Positions 1 through 11,177 of a stretch of 64,000 bases of DNA are shown here, piece after piece; positions within the stretch are counted from its first letter, which is position 1, and each line of letters starts with the position of its first letter. Location of the stretch: assembly GCA_038087875.1 (NCBI GenBank), contig CM075997.1, forward strand, positions 5,768,001-5,832,000, written 5' to 3'. The translations under genes and the position numbers were made by a program. A model generated the notes under the pieces. That model saw nothing but the letters and a program-made list of their open reading frames with translations. It was not told where the DNA came from and did not search any database. Source of the DNA: Malacoraja senta. Its lineage: Eukaryota.

Positions 1-812
1 ACATAGAAACATAGACATGGAAAATAGGTGCAGGAGTAGGCCATTCGGCCCTTCGAGCCTGCACCGCCATTCAATATGATCATGGCTGATCATCCAACTC
101 AGTATCCCGTACCTGCCTTCTCTCCATACCCCCTGATCCCCTTAGCCACAAGGGCCACATCTAACTCCCTCTTAAATATAGCCAATGAACTGGCCTCAAC
201 TACCCTCTGTGGCAGAGAGTTCCAGAGATTCACCACTCTCTGTGTGAAAAGGTTTTTCCTCATCTCGGTCTTAAAGGATTTCCCCCTTATCCTTAAGCTG
301 TGACCCCTTGTCCTGGACTTCCCCAACATCGGGAACAATCTTCCTGCATCTAGCCTGTCCTACCCCATAAGAATTTTGTACGTTTCTATAAGATCCCCTC
401 TCAATCTCCTAAATTCTAGCGAGTATAAGCCAAGTCTATCCAGCCTTTCTTCATATGAAAGTCCTGACATCCCAGGAATCAGTCTGGTGAACCTTCTCTG
501 CACTCCCTCTATGGCTATAATGTCCTTCCTGAGATTTGGAGACCAAAACTGTACGCAATACTCCAGGTGTGGTCTCACCAAGATCCTGTACAACTGCAGT
601 AGAACCTCCCTGCTCCTATACTCAAATCCTCTTGCTATGAAAGCCAACATACCATTCGCTTTCTTCACTGCCTGCTGCACCTGCATGCCTACTTTCAATG
701 ACTGGTGTACCATGACACCCAGGTCTCGCTGCATCTCCCCATTTCCTAATCGGCCACCATTTAGATAATAGTCTGCCTTCCCGTTTTTGCCACCAAAGTG
801 GATAACCTCACA
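1..812 (-). mobile_element. CR1-clade LINE (HER1-like), 5'-truncated 3' fragment
   Basis: Minus-strand ORFs 360-734 and 99-338 encode the CR1 RT C-terminus (QRDLGVMVHQSLK...RPHLEYCVQFWSP...FTQRVVNLWNSLP); (TTTCTATG)n-type 3' tail at the window start. Confidence 0.93.
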
Positions 813-1055
813 TCAAGAAAGGTCAGATTGGGAATGGGAGAGGGAGTTGAAGTGCTGAACCGCAGGGAGATCAAATAGGTTAAGATGGACTGAGCGGAGG
901 TGTTCAGTGAAACGATCGCCGAGCCTGCGCTTGGTCTCGCTGATGTTAAGAAGTTGACTCCTGGATCTACTGTATCCGCTGTTCCAGGTGTCAACTTCTC
1001 TACATCGGCTAGACCAAGGGCCCAGCCAAATTGGAGGAACAGCACCTCATATTTT
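813..1055. mobile_element. Penelope-like element fragment (GIY-YIG region) with internal inversion
   Basis: 813-965 matches the other PLE copies (44400-44650, 55740-55900) in minus orientation; from ~965 the YCIRCSRCQLLYIG segment and the KLEEQHLIF segment are on the + strand. Confidence 0.75.
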
Positions 1056-1239
1056 GCTCATATTTCGCCTCATAAAGATGGTATAAGTGATCAGAATGGT
1101 ATATGAAATGTGAAGGAATCAAAATGTCTTTTTGTGGAAGTGTGCAGGACTATTGAGGACTGCCATGTGGTCAGTTGGGCCAGGGGTCAGAATTTTCAAT
1201 GATGTGCATTTAAACAAAATAATTTACCTATAGGCATTA

Positions 1240-2034
1240 CAGTAAACCCTTGTTTTAACGGACCCCTTTATAACGGATTTTGGTTATAACAGACGGAACT
1301 GCTAACCCAACCCCAGCTCGCAGCATATCCACAACCACATAAAGCCAGGGTTTCCAACGCCACTCCCGACTCGCAGGGTGCACTATCGAGCCCTTCTTCA
1401 CCCACCGCACGGCTGTTGTTGCAGCTCATGTTGTAACCCCTGAGGACAGTGCTTTTTTCTGGCCACTGCGAACAACAGGAGGACACCATGGGACATCCCC
1501 CCCCCCCCAACACCTCTCACTGGTTGCTGCTTCAGCTTTCTGCTCAACTGTCCATCAGTCCACTTGGCCCCTGCCCCTCCCCTTCCCCCCTCCACCACCG
1601 CCTCCTCCCCCGCAGTCGCCACCATACTCCTCCTTGGAAGATGCAGCTGGTGAGAGGGAAGAGAGCCCCACGGTGACCAAACGCATCCTGTTGTTGGCAG
1701 CGGCTTGAAGAAATCACTGCCCACAGGGGTAACAAAGTGAGCCACAACAACAGCTGTGTGAAGTGGTGAAGAAGGGCTCACTGGTGCAGACTAGCGGCAT
1801 CAATGCCTAAGATAAAATAACTCAAAGTGCTGAAGTAAGTCAAAACTGAATCAGTCGAGAAAAGGGTCCAGACGTCACCTATCCATGTTCTTCAGAGATG
1901 CTGCCTGTACCATCATCTGTACTTCTATGTTTCAATAACAGACAATGATAATACCTACTCGGTTATAACGGACAATGGGTAATAACGAACACAACTCCCC
2001 CCACCATGGTCCGTTATAATGAGGGTTAACTCTG
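1240..2034. mobile_element. Non-autonomous Tigger/pogo-like DNA transposon (MITE)
   Basis: Imperfect terminal inverted repeats (TIRs) CAGTAAACCCTTGTTTTAACGGAC (1240-1263, preceded by TA) and GTCCGTTATAATGAGGGTTAACTCTG (2009-2034); subterminal TTATAACGGA repeats; no transposase; contains a degenerate PLE mini-element at ~1815-1935. Confidence 0.6.
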
Positions 2035-2138
2035 CAGTTTTGCATTGTGTTACTAAGACCTACATATCTCCAGAGTACCGATGACAGTTGCCCCTGGGAT
2101 AATGTGATCAGGAATGACATTATCCGATGCACCCGTTA

Positions 2139-2283
2139 GAAATTATATCAGTGGTGCAAGCAGGTTGTGCTAGGAAATTATATCAGTGGTGCAAGCAGGT
2201 TGTGCTAGGAAATTATATCAGTGGTGCAAGCAGGTTGTGCCAGGAAATTATATCAGTGGTGCAAGCAGGTTGTGCCAGGAAAT
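2139..2283. repeat. 35-bp minisatellite, 4 copies
   Basis: GAAATTATATCAGTGGTGCAAGCAGGTTGTGC(T/C)AG at 2139, 2174, 2209 and 2244, head-to-tail with no spacers. Confidence 0.97.
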
Positions 2284-2359
2284 ATTCTGTTGAATTTTCA
2301 GATTAATGTGTCCTTAAACTGAGATGACATTTTTCATTTTTTGAAAAAATACCGTTTGA

Positions 2360-2860
2360 GACAAGAGACATCAGATGCTTGGATCTTGAGGAAAAAACAA
2401 AATAGTGGATGGAAGGGTACAGGCTGGGGGGGGGGGGGGGATTAGAGAGGAGTGGGAAATGATTGGAAGGACGAGGGGAAAGGAACTGGAGGACAGGGCA
2501 GTGGAATTAAAATGGCTTGCAACCAGGAGCTCCTGCAGGCCTTGGTGGTTAGATCACATATTCAGCAAAACAGTCAATTCGTCTACGCTTAGTCTTGCTG
2601 ATTTAGAGGAGGAGACATCAGTAGCACCAAATGCAATGGACCAGATTGGAGGATGTGCAAGTAACCACTGTCTCACCTGAAAGCACTGTTGGAGTGCCTG
2701 AATGGAGGTGAGTAAGGAGGTGTAGAGATAGGTGTTACATCTCTTGTGGTTGCAGGGGAATGTGCCTGGGGGAGGGTAACGTTGGGTGTAGAAGGATGAG
2801 TGAACAAAGGAGTCATGGTGCGAGAGGTCTCCGTGGGAATTGGTGGAAATGGGAAGACAA
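2360..2860 (-). mobile_element. Degenerate Penelope-like element fragment
   Basis: Similar to the PLE at 44400-45000 (TCACCTGAAAGCACTGTTGG, GGTTGCAGGGGAA, GGAAATGGGAAGA). Confidence 0.6.
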
Positions 2861-2960
2861 CTTTTTGTTGCATTTGCTGTAAAGCAAAACCGTATTATCC
2901 TTATTAATTTCTAAGCATCTGTGCTTTATTCACTATTTTATGAAAATGGCAGTTGTCACC

Positions 2961-3108
2961 TTTAGTTTAGAGATACAGCGCGGAAACAGGCCTTCGGCCC
3001 ACCGGGTCCGCGCCGACCAGCAAGACCCGCACACTAACACCATTGTACACCCACTAGGGACAAATTTTACATTTACCAATTAACCTACAAACCTGCACGT
3101 CTTTGGAG
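2961..3108 (-). mobile_element. HE1-like V-SINE, 3' part
   Basis: TTTAGTTTAGAGATACAGCGCGGAAACAGGCC...CCAATTAACCTACAAACCTGCACGTCTTTGGAG, shared with the copies at 31218 and 41750. Confidence 0.7.
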
Positions 3109-3402
3109 ATGTACTAGGAATACCTTTCCAAACACACCTGTGCTTGGAATACATTTCTGTAATATGTGGTGATTGCACTTGAACTTTAAAGAAGTAGGTC
3201 TCATGTCTTTGCAATAGAAGCTTTTGAATTCCGAAATATTTAGATTTACAAAGCTATCTTATTAACTACGCTATTTTGAGTCAAGAAAGCATGAAAGCTC
3301 ATAAGCTTGTATCCAAAAGCATGAAATACGGTCAGTGTAAATGACATTAACATAGACTGAAATATGAGATTCAAAGTTTGAAGCGTATCAAAACAATTTC
3401 TT

Positions 3403-3630
3403 TGTAGCGGCGCCACCTAGCGCACGCAGATATCGAACCCGGCGTTCGGAAGCCGCGGTCACGTGATTCGGGAGGGGCCGTTATTTTCGCGCGGTTTTCC
3501 CTTGGCGCGAGTTAGTTCAGTGCTAACCACCGATGTGGGCAGACATGTTTGACAAACCTGTATACTGCAACTTACTTTCGAATAAAGTTTTTGGTTGAAA
3601 ACTTCAGTAGTCATTTCTCAAACCGCTAAA
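3403..3630 (+). repeat. 5' LTR (228 bp)
   Basis: Begins TGTAGCGG, ends CCGCTAAA; AATAAA at 3581-3586; near-identical to 7412-7587. Confidence 0.95.
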
Positions 3631-3631
3631 T

Positions 3632-3644
3632 TGATGACCCCGAC
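3632..3644 (+). promoter_or_regulatory. Primer-binding site, tRNA-Trp type
   Basis: TGATGACCCCGAC matches TGGTGACCCCGAC (complement of the tRNA-Trp 3' end) at 12 of 13 positions, 1 nt after the 5' LTR. Confidence 0.8.
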
Positions 3645-3673
3645 CTGTCTAGCCGTCGTTAGACATAGGAATT

Positions 3674-4414
3674 ATGCAGGAAGAAGGTCCTTCCGCAGAA
3701 TCGGCCAGCACGAGGCAGGGCGCACCGGCTTTCAAACTGCCAGCCTTTTGGCCTGATCAACCTCAAGTGTGGTTCGTCCATGTGGAGGCACAGTTTCACC
3801 TTCACCGCATCGACCACGATGAGACCATGTATTTCCATGTGGTAGGAGCGTTACCACAGGACTGTGCCTCGAGGCTGTTGCCCTTTATCAGAGACCCTCC
3901 GTCCAGCGGCAAATACGAAGGGTTGAAGGCCCTGTTATTCCACGCTTATGGTCTTACCCGTAGAGACAGGGCGGCGAGACTGCTACATATGGACTGCATC
4001 GGCGACTGAAGGCCATCGACGATCATGGCAAAGATGTTGGCCCTGATGGACGGGCACCGGCCCTGCTTGCTTTTTGAACAGGCGTTCTTAGAGCAAATGC
4101 CCGCCGAAGTGCAGCTGATGCTAGCGGGAGCCGATTTCAGCGACCCGCAGCGGCTCGCGGAAAGAGCAGATGAGCTTTGGCCGCTCAGAAGGCGGGACGC
4201 ACACGCCGTCGCCCGCCCCATGGCCACGCAACGGGTGCAGCCGCTCCAGCAACGAGAGGAAGAGACTCAGCCTAGCATCGAAGACGAGTCGCCGCGGTCA
4301 ATGGTCTACGTCCAACCCAGATGGTGCTACTACCACCAACGATACGGGCTCGGAGCCCGAAGATGTCAAAGTCGTTGTTCGTTTCCAGGAAACGCCCCGG
4401 CCGATCGTCCGTAG
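3674..4414 (+). pseudogene. gag: Gypsy gag with premature stop
   Basis: KLPAFWPDQPQVWFVHVEAQF N-terminal motif; in-frame TGA at 4007-4009, continued by ORF 4025-4414; C-terminal CYYHQRYG..ARRCQSRC knuckle. Confidence 0.88.
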
Positions 4415-6180
4415 AGGCGAACGTGATCAGCCCCAACGTACGCCTCTTCGTCCGTGATCGACATTCCGGCCACCGTTTCCTGGTAGACTCAGGTGCCCAT
4501 GTCAGTATCCTACCTCCAAACACCCGGGAACTCCGTGAGGGTAAGGTGGGATCTGTCCTCTCGGCCGTAAACGGAAGTGATATTAGCACCTACGGTACGC
4601 GGATCGCGAAACTAGATTTCGACTCCCACCAGTACAGGTGGAAGTTTATCGTTGCTGACGTCACCCAACCGATCCTGGGGGCCGATTTCTTGCACGCGTT
4701 CTCCCTGTTAGTCGATGTACGGGGTGGTCGAATGATACCTGCGTCGGGCCCATGCCCTGACAAGCCACGCAACCCGTCAACGCCCTCACAGCAACTCTCC
4801 GAGGTAGCTGAGATCCAGCAACCTTTCGCAGCCCTGCTCGCCGACTTTCCAGGGTTGCTCACGCCCCGGTTCGACGGGGCCGCGCCCCGTCATGGCGTGG
4901 TCCATCACATTCCCACCGAGGGTCCGCTGGTACACGCCCGCGCACGCCGTCTCCCACCCGATAAACTGCGCATCGCACGAGACGAGTTCCAGCTCATGGA
5001 GAACATGGGAATTGTCCGGCGGTGGGACAGCCCTTGGGCTTCCCCGTTACACATGGTGCCCAAAGCGTCCGGGGGTTGGAGGCCTTGTGGCAATTATCGG
5101 CGTTTGAACGCGATAACCACGGCCGACCAGTATCCGGTCCCGAACATTCAGGATTTCTCGGCCCATCTACAAGGCGCGACCATCTTCTCGAAGGTCGACC
5201 TCATCCGCGGGTATAACCAAATCCCGGTCCGCCCTGACGATGTCCCCAAGACGGCCACCATTACCCCGTTCGGCCTTTTCGAGTGGCTCAGAATGCCTTT
5301 TGGCCTGAAGAACGCAGCTCAGGCGTTCCAAAGGTTAATGGATCAGGTAGGCCGGGGTTTGCCGTTCGTTTTCATCTACCTGGATGACATCCTGGTGGCC
5401 AGCCGCTCACAGGCGGAACATACCAAACACCTCCGCTTACTTTTCGAACGGCTGCACGAACACGGGTTGGTAATCAACCCCGAGAAGTGCCAGTTCGGAC
5501 TGCGCTCCATCTCATTCTTAGGACACAGCATCACCTCCCAGGGAGCGCAACCACTGCCCGAGGAAGTCGACGCTATCTGGCAATTCCCCAAGCCGTTGTC
5601 GGTTAAGGGTCTGCAGGAGTTTATCGGGATGGTTAACCTTTATCACCGTTTTGTCCCGTCTGCAGCTGCCATCATGCGGCTGTTATTCCAATGCCTGGCC
5701 GGTAAGCCCAAGGACCTGGTTTGGTCTAAGGAGGCACAGACAGTTTTCGAAGGGGCTAAGACCGCATTGGTCAACGCCACTATGCTGGTACACCCCAGGG
5801 CTTCGGTCCAAACGGCACTGACCGCGGACGCCTCCGATGTCGCAGTGGGCACTGTCGTTGAGCAGCGGGTAGATAATCGCTGGGTGCCGCTGGCATTTTT
5901 CAGCAGTCAACTGCGAGCCCCGGAAGTTAAATACAGCGCTTTCGACAGGGAGCTCCTTGCGCTTTACCTAGCGATCCGCCATTTTCGTTATTTCCTAGAA
6001 GGGCGCGCTTTCACCGCGCTCACCGATCACAAGCCGCTAACGTTCGCTTTGACCAAGGTCTCCGACCCTTGGTCTGCCAGGCTGCAACAGCACCTTGCCT
6101 ACATTTCCGAATGGGTCGCTCATTTCGGGGTCCCCTCAGATATCACCACAGATCGTGGGGCCCAGTTCACATCCTCCCTA
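4390..6180 (+). pseudogene. pol: Gypsy pol: protease, RT, RNase H, fused to partial integrase
   Basis: FLVDSGA (aspartic protease), MPFGLKNA and YLDDILV (RT), TADASD/ELLAL/TDHKPL (RNase H), then directly WVAHFGVPSDITTDRGAQFTS (integrase core); overlaps the gag end in another frame near CCAGGAAAC. Confidence 0.93.
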
Positions 6181-6608
6181 TAGAAACATAGAAACATAGA
6201 AAATAGGTGCAGGAGTAGGCCATTCGGCCCTTCGAGCCTGCGCCGCCATTCAATATGATCATGGCTGATCATCCAACTCAGTATCCTGTACCTGCTTTCT
6301 CTCCATACCCCCGGATCCCTTTAGCCACAATGCCACATCTAACTCCCTCTTAAATATAGCCATCAACTGGCCTCAACTACATTCTGTGGCAGAGAATTCC
6401 AGAGATTCACCACTCTCTGTGTAAAAAATGTTTTTCTCATCTCAGTCCTAAAAGATTTCCCCTTTATCCTTAAACTGTGACCCCTTGTTCTGGACTCCCC
6501 CAACATCGGGAACAATCTTCCTGCATTCTAGCCTGTCCAACCCCTTAAGAATTTTGTAAGTTTCTATAAGATCCCCCCTCAGTCTTCTAAATTCCAGCGA
6601 GTACAAGC
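6181..6608 (-). mobile_element. CR1 (HER1-like) 3' fragment inserted in the Gypsy integrase
   Basis: Near-identical to 1-430; (TAGAAACA)n tail abuts pol codon L; possible CCTA duplication at 6177-6180 and 6608-6611. Confidence 0.93.
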
Positions 6609-6611
6609 CTA

Positions 6612-7165
6612 CGTGCGGTATGGCGCAGCTGTACGGCGCGAAGCTACATCAAACCACTGCTTATCACCCCGAGTCTAATGGGCTGGTCGAGCGGTTCCGT
6701 AGACACCTTAAGTTGTCGTTACAGGCACGACTCACCAGCCCTGATTGGGTCGACCAGTTACCTTGGGTCCTCCTGGGCATCAGAACAACGCCCAAGGAAG
6801 ACCTCAAAGCTCCTCGGCCGAGTTGGTTTATGGCTCAGCTTTGCGGGTTCTTGCCTACCCCCCGGGATCAGGAGATTTCTACCTCGCAGGTGCTGGCGGA
6901 CCTTCGCGAGCGGGTGCGCGCTTTGGTCCCGGTTCCCACTTCCCGGCATGGTTCGTCTTCGGTTCATGTGCCTACTATGTTACGGGATTGTGCTTATGTT
7001 TTTCTCCATAGAGACGCTCATCGCTCGCCGTTACAGCGGGTGTATGAGGGTCCGTACAAGGTGCTCAATGCCGGTGTTTCGACGTTCACGTTGGACATGG
7101 GTGGCAAGGAGTTCGTTTCTGTGAGCCGCCTCAAGCCTGCAATGTCGATGAGGATAGCCCAGTGA
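6612..7165 (+). pseudogene. pol: Gypsy integrase C-terminal part
   Basis: HQTTAYHPESNGLVER (catalytic E), LPWVLLGIRTTPKEDL, YEGPYKVL (GPY/F motif), VSVSRLKPA; frameshifted near 6810-6850. Confidence 0.9.
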
Positions 7166-7411
7166 CAGTGGCTACGCCATGGCGTAGAGGACGTCCACCT
7201 GCTGTTTTGACACCCACTGCACCTTTTCCCTCCGGTCGCGTTTCTCCGGTCCCGTTTGTTACGCCCGTCCCTCGTTTGCGTTTTTCACGCCCCTCCGGCC
7301 CTGTTGTGCCGGTCCCAAATGTTACGCTCGCCCCGCGACCTCGGACTACGCGTTCCGATCGTACCGTCCGTTTACCTGCGCATTTCCGTACCACGGATTC
7401 TGGGGGGGCCA

Positions 7412-7587
7412 TGTAGCGGCGCAACCTAGCGCACGCAGATATCGAACCCGGCGTACGGAAGCCGCGGTCACGTGATTCGGGAGGGGCCGATGTGGGCAGA
7501 CGTGTTTGACAAACCTGTATACTGCAACTTACTTTCGAATAAAGTTTTTGGTTGAAAACTTCAGTTGTCGTTTCTCAAACTGCTAAA
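7412..7587 (+). repeat. 3' LTR (176 bp)
   Basis: Copy of the 5' LTR with a 52-bp deletion and 6 substitutions. Confidence 0.95.
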
Positions 7588-7716
7588 TCTTCCAATTTAA
7601 TCAGCAATCTATACAAATTTGAAGTTAGAACAGGCAATATGTTGAAATTGTAACTTTTTGATTATTTACAAAATGTATATATATTTCTTCACTGTATTCT
7701 TTGTTGATTTGCTCAG

Positions 7717-7813
7717 GATTTTTAACTGGAGGGCACGTTCTTCGCCTGTTCCATGGTCATATGGATGAATGTCTGACCGTAGCATCATTTGATCAGGGTG
7801 AAGATCAACGCAG
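7717..7813 (+). CDS. RYR1: Ryanodine receptor 1, exon equivalent to human exon 8
   Basis: cag|GA...CGCAG|gt; (G)[31 protein letters not shown](R), 97 nt. Confidence 0.95.
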
Positions 7814-7929
7814 GTCAGTTTATCATTTGGCATTGATTTAATATTTTTGGAAAGTTTCTGTTTTCAGTTGAAAGTTTTTGTTTTTTTAGAGTGAAGAAGT
7901 ATCTTTCAAAATATCACCTTCGGATGGAT

Positions 7930-8900
7930 GCCCGGTACACGATCCATATCCCTCTATTCAATGGACTTCCATATGCCTATCTAAAAGCCTCTTAAATGCT
8001 ACTATTGTATCTTCCTCCTCCATCACCCCAAGTAATGTGTTCCAGGCCCATACCGCTTTCTGTAAAAAATAACTTGCCCTGCATATCTCCATTAAACTTT
8101 CCCCCTCTCACCTGATAGCTATGCCCTCTAGTGTTGGACATTTCCATCCTGGGGAAAAAGCTTCTTACTGGCTACCCTGTCTGTGCCTCTCATCATTTTA
8201 TATCCTTCTACTAAGTCTCCTCTCAACCTCTGATTTTCCAGAGAAACCAACTCATGTCTATCCAACTGCTCCCAGGTGCAGAAACCCTCCAATCCAGGCA
8301 GCATTCTGGTAAACATGAACCCTCTCCAAAGCCTTTGCATCTTTCCTGTAATGAGGCCATCCAGAACTGCATGCAATACTCCAAGTACAGCCTAACCAAA
8401 GTCTTATAGAGCTGCAACATGGCTCCATGACTTTTATATTCAATACTCCTTGCAATGAGGGCAAGCATATGGTATGCCTTTCTTTACCTTATCTCTTGTT
8501 CTGTCACCTTCAGTGAGCTATGAATTTGCACTCCAACATCCCTCTGCACATCCATACTGTTACAGATCTTACAATAATTGTATACTTTCACCATACATTC
8601 TGTCACGCAAGTGCACCACCTCACACTTGCTCAAATTAAACTCTCTCTGCCCTTACTCCACCCTTTTCTGCAGCTGATCTACATCCCGTTGTATCTTCTG
8701 ACAACATTCCTCCCTATCTACAACTCCTCCAATTTTAGTGTTGTCCACAAACCTATTCACCGATCCATCTACATTTATGCCATTTATTTAGGTCATTTAT
8801 ATATATATCACAAATAGCAGAGGTCCCTGCACAGATCCCTGCAGAACTTCACTAGTCACAGACTTCCGGCTAGAATATCTACCTTTCACCACACCCTCTC
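7930..8900 (-). mobile_element. Older CR1 fragment
   Basis: Minus ORFs MLALIARSIEYKSHGAMLQLYKTLVRLYLEYCMQFW and EVLQGSVQGPLLFVIYI; frameshifted. Confidence 0.85.
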
Positions 8901-9578
8901 TTCTATGAAAAAGCCTGTTATGTTGGTGTTTGAAGGATGCTTTTTTCTGATTGGATGTCTGTTGCCAGTGGTCTACCAGAAGCTTCCATGTTGGGGACCT
9001 CTGATATTTGATATAAACATTCTCATGTGACTTGAATATGAACATAGGAGTTCTGCGAGTTATGTTTGCAGAGGATATAAAAAAATGTACTGTGGCAAGA
9101 CTGGGAAAGGCTGTCTGAGGTCAGCCAGAATGTGGGCAAAGGAAACTTGGGCAAGTGTGAATTAATCCATTTTGGGAAAGTAAACAAAGCCAAGACACAC
9201 ATAGTGAATGCCTAGAGAATGTTATTGAACAGCCAACCCCTGGGTTCAAGTATATAGTTCCCTGAAAGTATTAATTGATGTAGACAGAGACATAAGGAAA
9301 CACCTGGTATGTTTGCCTTCATTGGGTGAGGCACTGAGTCTAGTAGGTGGGGCACCATGTTTATAGATCATTGGCGAGGCTGCACTTGGAATATTGTGTG
9401 CAGTCTAGTCGCCACACAATAGGAAGGATGTGTGCGCTAGGGAGGGCACAGCAAATATTCACAGGAATGTTGCTGAAAACTGGAGGGTTTGAGTTGTAAA
9501 GAGATACTGACTAGGATGGGACTCTTTTTCCTGGAGCACTTGTGGCTCTGACGAGTGATTTAGAGGTTTATAGAATGA

Positions 9579-11146
9579 CTAGATCAAGTTGGACCCGTTG
9601 GGTCCCGACCCCAATGCGGAGGGGGGGGGCGCGGCGTCACACGGGAGGGCTGATCCCCGAACGTGGCATCGGCGCTCACCCCGGAGACAGGTGCCCCCCA
9701 GAGCCAATCACCCCCATCACCCGTTCCCCCAACGTAACCCGTTCCAACACAACCCAGGCCGAGCCCATCGAGCGGGGCCGAGAAAGTGAATAAAAGCAAG
9801 GCGGGCCAAGCGAGCGGGGCCTGAGTAAAAGCAAGGCGGGCCAAGCGAGCGGGGCCTGAATAAAAGCAAGGCTAGCCGATGCGAGCGGGGCCTGAATAAA
9901 AGCAAGGCGGGCCGAGCCGAGCGAGCGGAGCCGAGTGAGCGGGGCCGAGCCAAGCGAGCGGGGGCTGAGAAAGTGAATAGGTCTTTTAAAATAAACGGAA
10001 TAAAACCAACGTTCAAAGAATCAGTGCAAATCAAGTTAAACTGCGAGGTGTTTTTAAATAAATGCTATCTTTAAAGTTGGCGAAAATGAAGCAGTCAAAA
10101 TCAAGCGTTGCAGAAGTCGATGCTGAGTCGACCTCAAGCAGTGCAGAAGTGACCGTTGGGGAGCTGATGAAGCTGTTTTTGTAATGAGGCCCTCCCCCTG
10201 ATGTCATGAGGAGGGGGGGGGGGGAGAGGTGCGGGGGGTTGGGCAGCGTGGACTCTGTCCCTCTCTCCCTCTCTGTCCCTCTGTCTCCCCCCCCTCCCCC
10301 GAGCGAGGTGGCGGGCGATCGTCGACCTGAGGGAGGCAACGGTTGGACGTGGAATTGAGGGAGGCTGCGGGCGGGCTCCCCACCAGGCGCGCGGACACTG
10401 AGTGGGCTGGCCCAGCCTCCATGCCGCGGAGGGCCGGCCGATCGTGGCTTCCACAAGGGGAAGCCCAACCACCCGCGTGACAGTCGATCGGACGGGAGAA
10501 ACGGAGAGGAGGTCGTCTCCCATGACGTCCAGAGATCGCCAGGTGGGATTGGGGTCACCAGTGAGGAAAAGGCGTCACGATTCCCCGGGTCCCTGCGATC
10601 GACGAAGGAATCACAGGTCTCCTTAGACGACCTCTCCCAGAGGGAGTAATGGCCGCCCGGACCACCTTCCCATCGCGCTGCCCTGCGCCCGCGCGTCGAT
10701 AACGACCGCTGCCGCCATGTTCTAGATTTTCAAGGAGCCCAGCGGAGCGTGCAGCATGACCTGACCACGTTTAAAAATGCTAAGTGACAAATTTAATGAA
10801 GTAAAAGTTAAGAAGCCAAGAAGTACAGAAGACAGAACAGGGGTGACGTCACTCGCATCGCGAGCAGAGGCAGGCAGTCAGATCCATTGTGATGTCATCA
10901 GCGAGACAATTCCGTTTAATTTGTATTTGAGATTTGTGAACATTTTCATAAATAACTCGAGAAATAACGTATGAAATTTTCAGATAAGGCGATTTTTGAC
11001 ATCATGACTTAAACCTATATCGGAATATGTAAAAATGTCACCATTAGCGCATCCTGTTTTCGAGGAGATGTGAAACGCACACGAACATCACACAAATAAA
11101 TACACATCCAAGTTCAGAGTTTTATAAGTATAGACATATAGATAGA
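9579..11146 (-). mobile_element. Non-autonomous Helitron-like element
   Basis: Minus strand starts TC(TATC), ends CTAG preceded by the hairpin GGACCC-AAC-GGGTCC; inserted between A and T with no TSD; removing it restores host CR1 continuity. Confidence 0.8.
9788..9915. repeat. 35-bp GC-rich tandem repeat inside the Helitron
   Basis: GAATAAAAGCAAGGCGGGCCAAGCGAGCGGGGCCT, about 3.6 copies, with degenerate GAGC/CCGA repeats on either side. Confidence 0.9.
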
Positions 11147-11177
11147 TGACGGGCACAGTGAAGGTAAATAATCTGTC

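Larger units (their letters stand above)
3403..7587 (+). mobile_element. Gypsy/Ty3 LTR retrotransposon with both LTRs, defective
   Basis: 5' LTR 3403-3630, 3' LTR 7412-7587, 4-bp TSD TCTT (3399-3402 and 7588-7591), primer-binding site (PBS) after the 5' LTR, G-run polypurine tract 7402-7408, gag then pol in PR-RT-RH-IN order. Confidence 0.96.

Noticed and set aside
2139..2283. CRISPR-like 35-bp repeats
   Set aside because: No spacers, head-to-tail units, eukaryotic intron, no cas genes.
7131..7424. Env-like or extra ORF in the Gypsy element
   Set aside because: Short Pro/Arg-rich tail after integrase; no signal peptide or transmembrane segment.
9542..10626. Cluster of GC-rich ORFs as a nested gene
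   Set aside because: Overlapping low-complexity ORFs on both strands inside a Helitron-like repeat; no recognisable domain or splice structure.
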